From: Gemmatimonadota bacterium
Lineage (GTDB): Bacteria > Gemmatimonadota > Gemmatimonadetes > Longimicrobiales > RSA9
DNA length: 21,669 bases
Assembly: GCA_040905425.1 (NCBI GenBank)
Contig: JBBDRO010000084.1
Coordinates: 1-21,669, forward strand
Direction of reading: 5' to 3'
In this document: positions 1 to 6,937 of the stretch, one piece after another
How the letters are laid out: each line of letters starts with the position of its first letter
Position numbering within the stretch: the stretch's first letter is position 1
Notes under the pieces: model-generated
Database searches by the model: none
What the model was told of the DNA's origin: nothing
The model's input: only the letters and a program-made list of their open reading frames with translations
Translations under genes and position numbers: made by a program

Positions 1-26
1 GGGGGGGGGTGGGGGGGGGGGGGGGG

Positions 27-191
27 GCGGCGCGGCCGGTGCACTTCTCGGAGACGGTGCACACGGCCGCCGACGCGCGCGCCATGTCCTTCGACTATCG
101 CCTGCGGCCGGGGGTGGCCACCTCCACGAACGCGCTGAAGCTCATGGCGCTGGTGGGGCTCGGACCGTCAGCGGCGGACGCGGATCAGTAG
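27..191 (+). CDS. C-terminal fragment of a MutS-related ATPase (MutS domain V family), 5'-truncated by the window edge
   Basis: Translation ..PVHFSETV..MSFDYRLRPGVATSTNALKLMALVGL matches the HF..FDYxLxxG..xNAxxL tail typical of short MutS-like proteins. Stop TAG at 189-191 overlaps the convergent HD-GYP stop. Bases 1-26 are nearly pure G and were excluded. Confidence 0.75.
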   Translation, partial: AARPVHFSETVHTAADARAMSFDYRLRPGVATSTNALKLMALVGLGPSAADADQ

Positions 192-922
192 CCCTCCGCC
201 TGCGCCTCCACCACCGCCGTGAGCAGGGTGGCGAAATCGGGATCGAACTCGAACCCGGCTCGCTGGCGGATGAAGTCCAGCACGATCTCCCGGGGCCACG
301 CGTCGCGGTAGGGGCGCGGCGTGCGCAGGGCGTGGTAGTTGTCACAGAGCTGCACCAGCCGGCTGACCGGATGCGGGGTGCGCGCGTAGGTCAGTTCGGG
401 ATAGCCGCTGCCATCCAGCTTCAGGTGGTGCTCGTAGGCCACCGTGGCGGCCAGGGAGAGGCGGCCGTCCGCCTCCAGCAGGATGCGGGCACCCTCCACC
501 GGATGCGTCTTGACCTGGGTGCGCTCGTCCTCCGTGAGGCGCGTGGTCTTGGTGAGCAGGCCCGCCGGGAGGCGCGCCATGCCGATGTCCATGAGCAGGC
601 CCGCCAGCCCCACCGCGCGCACGTCCGCCGGCTCGAAGCCCGCCTCCTCGGCCACGGCCATGGAGAGCATGGCCACGTCCAGGGCGTGGACGGCGCCGTA
701 GTCCATGGCGTCCTTCATGGCCAGCTGCGGCAGCTCCCCCCGCCCCGCCCGCCGCAGTCCCACGTAGAGGGCGTGCACCACGGCCTCCGCCTCGGTCACG
801 GGCAGCGGCTTGCCCGCGCGTACGTGGGCCAGCAGCCAGAGCAGGGCGTGGCGCTCTTCCACGTAGCGTTCGCGGTCCTCGTCGCGGCGTGGCGCGGTGT
901 CCGGCGGAACGGGTGTGTTCAT
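185..922 (-). CDS. HD-GYP domain protein with degenerate active site (245 aa)
   Basis: HPVEGA, YEHHLKLDGSGYP and RPYR are present. GLLMDIGM replaces GLLHDIGK and DNYHAL replaces DVYDAL. ATG overlaps the upstream stop (ATGA, 919-922) with GGAGGAGG just upstream. Colinear paralog of 6938..8110. Confidence 0.9.
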   Translation of the reverse strand: MNTPVPPDTAPRRDEDRERYVEERHALLWLLAHVRAGKPLPVTEAEAVVHALYVGLRRAGRGELPQLAMKDAMDYGAVHALDVAMLSMAVAEEAGFEPADVRAVGLAGLLMDIGMARLPAGLLTKTTRLTEDERTQVKTHPVEGARILLEADGRLSLAATVAYEHHLKLDGSGYPELTYARTPHPVSRLVQLCDNYHALRTPRPYRDAWPREIVLDFIRQRAGFEFDPDFATLLTAVVEAQAEGY

Positions 923-2490
923 GCCTCCTCCCCGGCGGGCTCCGTCCCGCTCGCGGCGCCCGCCACGTCGGCGTCCGCCGACTTACGCGCCTGCGCCAGC
1001 AGGGCCGCCGCGCGCTTGTCATGCTGCCACGAGCGCGCCAGTCCGCGCAGGGCCGCCAGCAACTCGGGAGACTTCTGCGCCAGTTTCGGCTTGCCCAGCA
1101 GCGTCTTTCCGCCGATGGCGTAGCGCAGCAGCGGCTCGAGCGCCAACGCCGAGTTGGTGCGGCCGAGCAGGTAGAGGGACTGCACGCGGTACTCCGGCGG
1201 GAAATCGGGCGCCACCGCCCGCCGGGCCAGCACCGGCACCGCCTGCTCCGGGAAGCCGCTCCTGGCCGCCTTCATGCCGGCGCGAAGGACGGTGGAATCC
1301 GTGTCCTGGAGCGCCAGCAGCATGCCTTTGGTGGCGCTCGCGCTGTCCTTCATCATGAGCAGGATGGCCTCACGTCGGACACGCGCATCCTCGTGGCTGG
1401 CATAGCGCTCCAGCGGCACCGCGGAGGTGTCCGCATCCAGCTGGCCCAGGAGGTGGAGCATGTTGCGTACGACGAACCAGCGCTCGTCGTCCAGCCGCTC
1501 CACGACCATGGGCCCCACGTCCACACCCAGGGTGGCCAGCCGGTCCAGCAGGCCGCGGCGGGTGGCGCGGGAGTGGGACTCGGTGAGTTCCTCCAGCAGG
1601 CGCTCGGCCGCCGTGCTGCCCATGTGCCGCAGCAGCACGTCGACCGCCTCGAAGTCCACCGGCTCGTTCTTGAGAAGGCCCCCCAGCCGGGTAGGCGTGG
1701 CCAGGTGCTCGGCGATCATGTCGGCCGACTGGCTGCCGCGCGGTGCGCGCTTCAGGTAGTCGAAGATGGCATCGTTGTCCTCACCCACCTGCGCCAGGGC
1801 GCCCCACACGGCGCTGCCGATGACCCCCGCCTCCAGGGCCATGGCCATTATCCGCTCCGGCTCCGGCTCCGCGCGCGAGCTGGTGCTCGCCGGGCCTTCC
1901 GCGGCGCCGAACATGTCGGCGAAGGTGCCCGCACCCGTCTGCAGCGTGCCTTCCGCCCAGCGCTCCACCGTATGGGCCGCCAGTTCCTGGAAGGATGCCA
2001 CCCCGGCCGGCCGGCTCGCCTCGGGCAGGCCGTCCGCTTCGGCGCCGAGCTTGGCAAGGAGGGCGGCAAGCGGCCGTGACAGTTTTTGCCTGTACGCCTC
2101 GCCCGCGCCGGCCAGCACGCCCAGGAGGGCCTGCGGGGGCAGCTGCTCGATGAGGGAGAGCGCCAGCGTGCGCCGGTGGTGGGCGTTGTGCTCGGCGGCC
2201 AGCGCGGCGCCCAGGGCACCCGATGCCACGGCGGTGAGAAACTCCGCCATGCGGGCACGCTGGGCGGGCGCGTCCGGCACATCGTCGGTGTAGGCGGCCA
2301 GCAGCGCCAGGAGGAGGGGGCCCACGGTACCGCGGTCGCCGCTCCGGCTGACGTGGTCCGCCAGGGAGGCAGGCGTGGCATCGCGGCCGGCGCCCACGGC
2401 GGTGCCGAGGGCGTCCCACGCCGCGGTAAGCGCTCTGTCGCCTCCGGCGGCCTCGTGCGGCGCCGGGGTGGTGTCGTTCAGGCCGTCCAT
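919..2490 (-). CDS. HEAT-repeat (alpha-solenoid) protein, short paralog (523 aa)
   Basis: PBS-lyase/HEAT-like motifs DDERWFVVRNML and HEDARVRREAI. Start placed at ATG 2490 (GGAGGG 5 nt upstream) rather than 2658, because a promoter-like element lies at 2592-2621. Aligns along its length with 8107..10176. Confidence 0.85.
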   Translation of the reverse strand: MDGLNDTTPAPHEAAGGDRALTAAWDALGTAVGAGRDATPASLADHVSRSGDRGTVGPLLLALLAAYTDDVPDAPAQRARMAEFLTAVASGALGAALAAEHNAHHRRTLALSLIEQLPPQALLGVLAGAGEAYRQKLSRPLAALLAKLGAEADGLPEASRPAGVASFQELAAHTVERWAEGTLQTGAGTFADMFGAAEGPASTSSRAEPEPERIMAMALEAGVIGSAVWGALAQVGEDNDAIFDYLKRAPRGSQSADMIAEHLATPTRLGGLLKNEPVDFEAVDVLLRHMGSTAAERLLEELTESHSRATRRGLLDRLATLGVDVGPMVVERLDDERWFVVRNMLHLLGQLDADTSAVPLERYASHEDARVRREAILLMMKDSASATKGMLLALQDTDSTVLRAGMKAARSGFPEQAVPVLARRAVAPDFPPEYRVQSLYLLGRTNSALALEPLLRYAIGGKTLLGKPKLAQKSPELLAALRGLARSWQHDKRAAALLAQARKSADADVAGAASGTEPAGEEA

Positions 2491-2591
2491 GGATTCCCTC
2501 CCGGTGATCGCCACCGGGTCGGCAGGTCGGGGGAATGTGTTCGTTGTGGTCGCAGCGCGGCGGAGGGTCGTCGCCGCGTCGCGAGGCCGGG

Positions 2592-2621
2592 AGAATACCA
2601 CGCCGGCCGGGGTGTGGTCAA
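2592..2621 (-). promoter_or_regulatory. Putative sigma70 promoter for the second HEAT/HD-GYP cassette
   Basis: Minus strand TTGACC (2621-2616), 18 nt spacer, TATTCT (2597-2592), preceded by an extended -10 TGn. Confidence 0.55.
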
Positions 2622-2646
2622 CGCGCAGGAACGACTGCATGCCGGA

Positions 2647-2686
2647 CGAGGTGGCCATCCACGGTTGGTCACCCCTACCGAGCGCG
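2647..2686. repeat. REP-like palindromic element, degenerate copy 1
   Basis: CGAGGTGGCCATCCACGGTTGGTCACCCCTACCGAGCGCG is 33/40 identical to 3080-3119. On the minus strand it reads GGTAG followed by an imperfect palindrome, as in GTAG-type REPs. Confidence 0.6.
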
Positions 2687-2713
2687 GGCGGACGCGGTTC
2701 ACGTCCGGTTGCG

Positions 2714-2740
2714 GGCGTGGCTGGCGTGGCTGGCGTGGCT
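2714..2740. repeat. 9-bp tandem repeat (GGCGTGGCT)x3
   Basis: Three exact copies read directly, plus a degenerate fourth. Confidence 0.9.
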
Positions 2741-2813
2741 GGGGTGGTGGGCGGGCGCGGTGCGTGGGGGCGTCGGTCAGGGGACCCGCCGGGGCCAGGT
2801 CAGCCAGCCATTC

Positions 2814-2910
2814 CGCACAACGGCGCTGCTCGCTGCGGCGGTTGCGCATTACGACCCGCCGTCGGAGTCGGCATGCACGACGGCCATCGCAACAGCATCA
2901 CCGTTGTGCG
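2814..2910. repeat. Long imperfect inverted repeat / hairpin (~97 nt)
   Basis: CGCACAACGGCGCTGCT (2814-2830) pairs 15/17 with AGCATCACCGTTGTGCG (2894-2910). Pairing continues inward with G-U pairs to GCAT..CGAC-CCG-loop-CGG..GTCG..ATGC. Confidence 0.65.
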
Positions 2911-3079
2911 TTCTTGCGTGTAGGGCGGGCCAAAGTGCACGAGCGCAGCCGCGGCGGGACCCGATGTGCATTCTTTCACCCGGACCGCTGGGAGCCTGGG
3001 GGCGCGCCCAGTTGGACCGACCCCGGGTGATGCACGCCGACGCCCGACACGGTGTCCGCGAGCATGTCTACCTACTGCG

Positions 3080-3109
3080 AGGGGTGGCCATCCGCGGATG
3101 GCCACCCCT
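3080..3109. repeat. Perfect 30-bp palindrome (REP-like element, copy 2)
   Basis: AGGGGTGGCCATCCGCGGATGGCCACCCCT is its own reverse complement. Confidence 0.9.
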
Positions 3110-3116
3110 TCCGAGT

Positions 3117-3201
3117 GCGTCCGTCCTCGACCCGCGCCCGTCCTCGACCCGCGTCCGTCCTCGACCCGCGCCCGTCCTCGACCCGCCCCCACCCTCGATC
3201 C
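3117..3201. repeat. 17-bp tandem repeat GCGYCCGTCCTCGACCC x4 plus a degenerate fifth copy
   Basis: Units at 3117, 3134, 3151 and 3168 alternate T/C at position 4 (a 34-bp higher-order unit x2). The fifth unit at 3185 is GCCCCCACCCTCGATCC. There are no spacers. Confidence 0.92.
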
Positions 3202-3254
3202 GTGCTCGCCAGCGTGGGCGTGTACGCCCGGCGCGAGGCGTCACACGCCCGGCG

Positions 3255-5015
3255 TCAGCGCAGCTGGATGCGCTGGCTCACCCGGCCCCCCTTCTGGCTG
3301 TCATAGGTGAAGGTCAGGTTGCCGGTGCCGCGCACCAGGTATTCCAACGTGCGCGTGGTCTGCCCGGGGTGCCCGTTGCGCACGATGATGCGCTCCAGTT
3401 CCTGCTGGTCGATGAGGTCGGTGATCCCCGGGTTGTGCTTGTTGTTCACCCACGCGGCCGAGATGATCTGAGCGCCGTCCAGGGTGATCAGGTCGGGGCG
3501 CACCACGCCGTTCTGCGCCGCCCGCGCCGTGATCGTGGGAATCACCCTGGGGTTGGTGATGTCCACCCAGACCCGCCAGACGTCCCCGTCGATGCGCTCC
3601 ACCCGCGTCTCACCCAGCTCCACGCGGGGCATCTGGTCGGCATGGTAGAGCGTGAACGCCATGTTGCGGTGCGAGAGCTCCTCGTTCATGAAGCGCGGCG
3701 GGATGCGGCCGCGCAGCTTCTTCCACCCGCCGAGCTGGACCGTACCGTACTCCGGGTGCTCGAAGTCCGCCCAGTCCACGAACTGGTCACCGAATTCCAG
3801 GTAGTCGTCGAACCAGTAGGAGGCCCCCTGTCCGGAGATGGGGCTGTTGGGATTCTGCTGCTGCTCCTTCAGGTCCGGGCTGTTGAAGTACTGCCCGCCG
3901 TTCCACAGCTCGTTGGAGAAGGAGACAATGCCCAGGCCGTCGTTGGTCCAGTCGGTGAAGCCACCATGGACCGTGTAGAGGCCGCTCCAGATGACGATGT
4001 AGTCGTAGTAGGGCAGTATGCGCTCCCCCTGCTCGCCCAGCTCGTCGTACACCTGAATGTCGGCGCGCGGATACTCGCCCTGCCACTCGGCGCCCGGACC
4101 GCGCAGGATCATGCCGCCGCTGTTGTGATAGCTCTGCACGCCGCCGATGTTCGGATGCGCCATCAGGAAATCGTTGACCGCGCGGGCTTCGGGGAGCTGG
4201 AACGGGTAGTCGTTGGCCCCGCCCTGGATGTACTGCGGCTGCCAGTCCGAGCCCCAGTTGCGGTTGCCGTCGTAGCTGCCGGGAGGATCCTCGTTGACCC
4301 TGCCGTCGCCGTCATTGTCGATCCCCTCGGAGCCCAGCATGATCCAGTCGCCCGTCTCGCCGAAGGGCACCTGCTCCATGACGCGTGGGTCGGCGCGGCT
4401 GATCCGGTGCGTGCCCTGACCGGGCACGTACTTGCGGATCTGCTCGATGTTGCCGTTGCCGTTCAGATCATCGGGGCCGTCCTCCTCGTACAGCCCGTCG
4501 TTGTCGTCATCCTTGGGCACGTGGCCGGTGCGCGAGCCCGAGCCGGAGCCGTGCAGGAAGTAGTCGCGCCCATCGGGATTGACGGTGGGCACCAGATAGA
4601 ACACCCGCTCGTTCACCAACCGGGTGATCTCGTCGATGCGGCCGTAGTTCTCCATGAGGTACCAGGCGGTGTAGAGGATCACCTCCGCCCCCTGGATCTC
4701 GTTGCCGTGCACGTTGGCCTCGATGTACATGGCCGCCTTGCTTTCCGGCGGGCCCGTTTCCGGGTTGTTGATGGTCATGACCACCAGATCGCGGCCGTCG
4801 CTGCTCTCGCCGAGCTTCTCCAGCGTGGTCAGCCCCGGCCAGGCGCGCTCGATGCGCTCCAGGTCGGAGATGAGCTCGGCGTTGTCATGCCAGCGGTTGA
4901 AGTCGATCTGCACGGTGTGCTGCGGGTCCGACCCCTGCGCCGCCGTCTCCGCCGGCGCCGCGAGCATCAGCGCCAGGGCGGCTACGGCCGGGGCGAGCTT
5001 CATGAGCGCCTTCAC
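3255..5015 (-). CDS. Secreted M14-family zinc carboxypeptidase, predicted active
   Basis: HGNE zinc motif (4698-4709), VPTVNPDG, NRNW, third ligand QSYH, catalytic Glu in FSNELW, DxDxDG-type acidic loops and a signal peptide ending TAA|Q. GTG 5015 has AAGGAGG 5 nt upstream; alternative starts are 5051, 5042 and 5003. Confidence 0.9.
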   Translation of the reverse strand: MKALMKLAPAVAALALMLAAPAETAAQGSDPQHTVQIDFNRWHDNAELISDLERIERAWPGLTTLEKLGESSDGRDLVVMTINNPETGPPESKAAMYIEANVHGNEIQGAEVILYTAWYLMENYGRIDEITRLVNERVFYLVPTVNPDGRDYFLHGSGSGSRTGHVPKDDDNDGLYEEDGPDDLNGNGNIEQIRKYVPGQGTHRISRADPRVMEQVPFGETGDWIMLGSEGIDNDGDGRVNEDPPGSYDGNRNWGSDWQPQYIQGGANDYPFQLPEARAVNDFLMAHPNIGGVQSYHNSGGMILRGPGAEWQGEYPRADIQVYDELGEQGERILPYYDYIVIWSGLYTVHGGFTDWTNDGLGIVSFSNELWNGGQYFNSPDLKEQQQNPNSPISGQGASYWFDDYLEFGDQFVDWADFEHPEYGTVQLGGWKKLRGRIPPRFMNEELSHRNMAFTLYHADQMPRVELGETRVERIDGDVWRVWVDITNPRVIPTITARAAQNGVVRPDLITLDGAQIISAAWVNNKHNPGITDLIDQQELERIIVRNGHPGQTTRTLEYLVRGTGNLTFTYDSQKGGRVSQRIQLR

Positions 5016-5047
5016 GAGCGCCTCCTTCGTTGGATTGCGCATGGTAT

Positions 5048-6865
5048 TCACTGGAGTACGATGGTGGCGTTGGCCAGACCGGCTTTCTGCGAGCGCACCC
5101 TGAGCTCGATGCGGTCGCCCGCGTTACCGCGGATGAGCCAGGTGTAGCTCTGCCGCCGACCGGAGCCGTCGAGCGCCTGGATGAAGTTGGTCTTGGCGTC
5201 CCCTGTGATGATGGCGTCCGGGTCCACACCGAGCTGCACCATGGTGGGCCGCACCGCACGGGCCACCACGCCGTGCGCCGTGGACGTGGGCAGGTAGCCC
5301 GCGTTCTCCACCTCGGCGGTGATACGGAAGATGCCGCCCCCGTGGTTGGTCACCTGCGTATCGGCCACCCGCACCTCGGGGAAGAGGGAGCCGAGCCAAA
5401 CCGCGAAGCCGGCATGGGACCGGCCCAGCGCCTCCAGGTCGGCCGCCGGCGGATTGGACAGGACGTACGGCTGGAAGCCGCCGATCTCTACCTGGCCGAG
5501 GGTGGGATGCTGGAACGGCGTCCAGTCCACGAAGCCGTCGATGCCGCGCGCCTCGAGCCACGCCAGCAGCGCCGCGTCCCCGTCACCCTCGCCCACCTCC
5601 TCCCCGTCCATCACACCGAAGCCGGGCGTGGTGAAGGACGGTACGCCGAACTGATAGTAACCGTAGTCGGCAAAGGCGCCGGCCGGCGCCCGCGTCACCA
5701 GGACCCGGTCGATGCCGGTGAGCTCGCGGTAGCTGTCACTGGCGCGGCGGAAGTACTCCTGGTCGGCCTCGTTCACGGTGGTGGCGGGCTGGCGGCCACC
5801 GCCGGGCCGGCCGCCACTCTGCCCGGCGGCCGAGCCGCCGCCGCCGAAGCCTCCGAAGCCGCCGCCACCCGTGGAGAAGACGCCCACCTCGTCCAGCCCG
5901 TCCAGACTTTCCACCGCGAAGTCCGCCAGGTCCACGGTGGCCGGAGCGGCCAGCTCACCGCGCTGGTTCGGCGGGCGCACCAGATTGTCACTCTCTCCGA
6001 AGCTCAGGATGAGCGCCACGTTCTCCAGCCCCAGCACGTAATCCATGAGCGCCCGGGACTCCCGCTCGCTCACCATGTGCGGGCCGGCGTCGGGCTGGTA
6101 ATAGGGGTACGCGTGCTGGAAGTTGCGGTTGATGTCCACACCGCCGGGGCCGTCCTCGTTGTAGAAGCCATCCCCGTCATTGTCCAACCCCTCCGTGTAG
6201 AGCGTCCAGCCGCCGGCCTCCCCCCGTGCGGCGTCGGCGCGCACCATGAGGCGCGCCTCCGCGCTGTCCGGGCGGAACGGCCCGCGCGGGTCGGCCACAC
6301 GCATGAGCGTGATGAGGCCGTCACCATTCAGGTCATCCGGGCCGTCCTCGTCCACGCGCACGTCATTGTCGGCATCGCGCGGGTTGGCGTTGCCGCGCAG
6401 CTCCGCGCGCGTGGCGGCGAACATGCGCTCGGCGCCGTCCGGGTTCACGCGCGGAACCACGTAGATCACATGGTTGTCCAGCCGATCGCGGACGTCGGCG
6501 TCGGTGGCGTAGCTGCCGAGCAGGCTGGCCACCGTGCGGAGCGCCAGCTCGCTGCCCACCACCTGGTTGCCCTCCAGGTTGGCGGTGATCAGCAGGGCCG
6601 GCCGCTCCGCCAGCGGCGTGCCGGAGCGATTGGCCAGCTCGACCGCCCAGATGTCACGATTCTCGAGCGTGCGTCCGATGCTCGTGAGGCGCGCCAGCTC
6701 CGGATGGGCGTTCACCAGCCCCCGCAGCTCCCGCGTGAGGGCGTCGTAATCGTGGTAGCCCGAGAGCTCCTGCGCGGCCGCCGGAGCGGGCCGCGTGAAG
6801 GCCGCTGCCAGGCATGCCAGTGCCAGGGCGAGCGCCCATCGGGAGCGTTTCATGGGGTGTGTCAC
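5048..6865 (-). CDS. Secreted M14-family carboxypeptidase homolog lacking zinc ligands (pseudopeptidase)
   Basis: Same architecture as the neighbour (IGRTLENRDI, VPRVNPDG, DINRNF, DGFVDWTPFQHPTLGQVEIGG). HxxE is EGNQ (6563-6574), the third His position is SFG and the catalytic Glu position is SFTTP. Signal peptide AAA|Q; AGGAGG lies upstream of GTG 6865. Confidence 0.88.
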   Translation of the reverse strand: MTHPMKRSRWALALALACLAAAFTRPAPAAAQELSGYHDYDALTRELRGLVNAHPELARLTSIGRTLENRDIWAVELANRSGTPLAERPALLITANLEGNQVVGSELALRTVASLLGSYATDADVRDRLDNHVIYVVPRVNPDGAERMFAATRAELRGNANPRDADNDVRVDEDGPDDLNGDGLITLMRVADPRGPFRPDSAEARLMVRADAARGEAGGWTLYTEGLDNDGDGFYNEDGPGGVDINRNFQHAYPYYQPDAGPHMVSERESRALMDYVLGLENVALILSFGESDNLVRPPNQRGELAAPATVDLADFAVESLDGLDEVGVFSTGGGGFGGFGGGGSAAGQSGGRPGGGRQPATTVNEADQEYFRRASDSYRELTGIDRVLVTRAPAGAFADYGYYQFGVPSFTTPGFGVMDGEEVGEGDGDAALLAWLEARGIDGFVDWTPFQHPTLGQVEIGGFQPYVLSNPPAADLEALGRSHAGFAVWLGSLFPEVRVADTQVTNHGGGIFRITAEVENAGYLPTSTAHGVVARAVRPTMVQLGVDPDAIITGDAKTNFIQALDGSGRRQSYTWLIRGNAGDRIELRVRSQKAGLANATIVLQ

Positions 6866-6937
6866 GGATCCTCCTGCGTGGGTCGATGCGGCCCTCGTCG
6901 GCCGCGGGGGTGTGTACTCGATATCGCTCGGTGGTGC

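Noticed and set aside
1..26. Poly-G run, read as a Gly-rich N-terminus or G-quadruplex
   Set aside because: It lies at the sequence edge and abuts a truncated MutS-like gene. A sequencing or assembly artefact (poly-G from two-colour chemistry) is most likely.
2491..2658. 56-aa N-terminal extension of the short HEAT protein, or a remnant of the missing N-domain
   Set aside because: No YxxGH-type similarity. The stretch contains a promoter-like element and part of a palindrome, and ATG 2490 has a good RBS.
3117..3201. Possible CRISPR array
   Set aside because: The units are contiguous 17-mers with no unique spacers, and there are no cas genes in the window.
2535..5147. 870-aa plus-strand ORF, and other long antisense ORFs (5030..7474, 8191..10290, 14821..17361, 18772..20364, 20214..21647)
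   Set aside because: Shadow ORFs opposite well-supported genes. High GC suppresses stop codons and the translations have no recognisable motifs.
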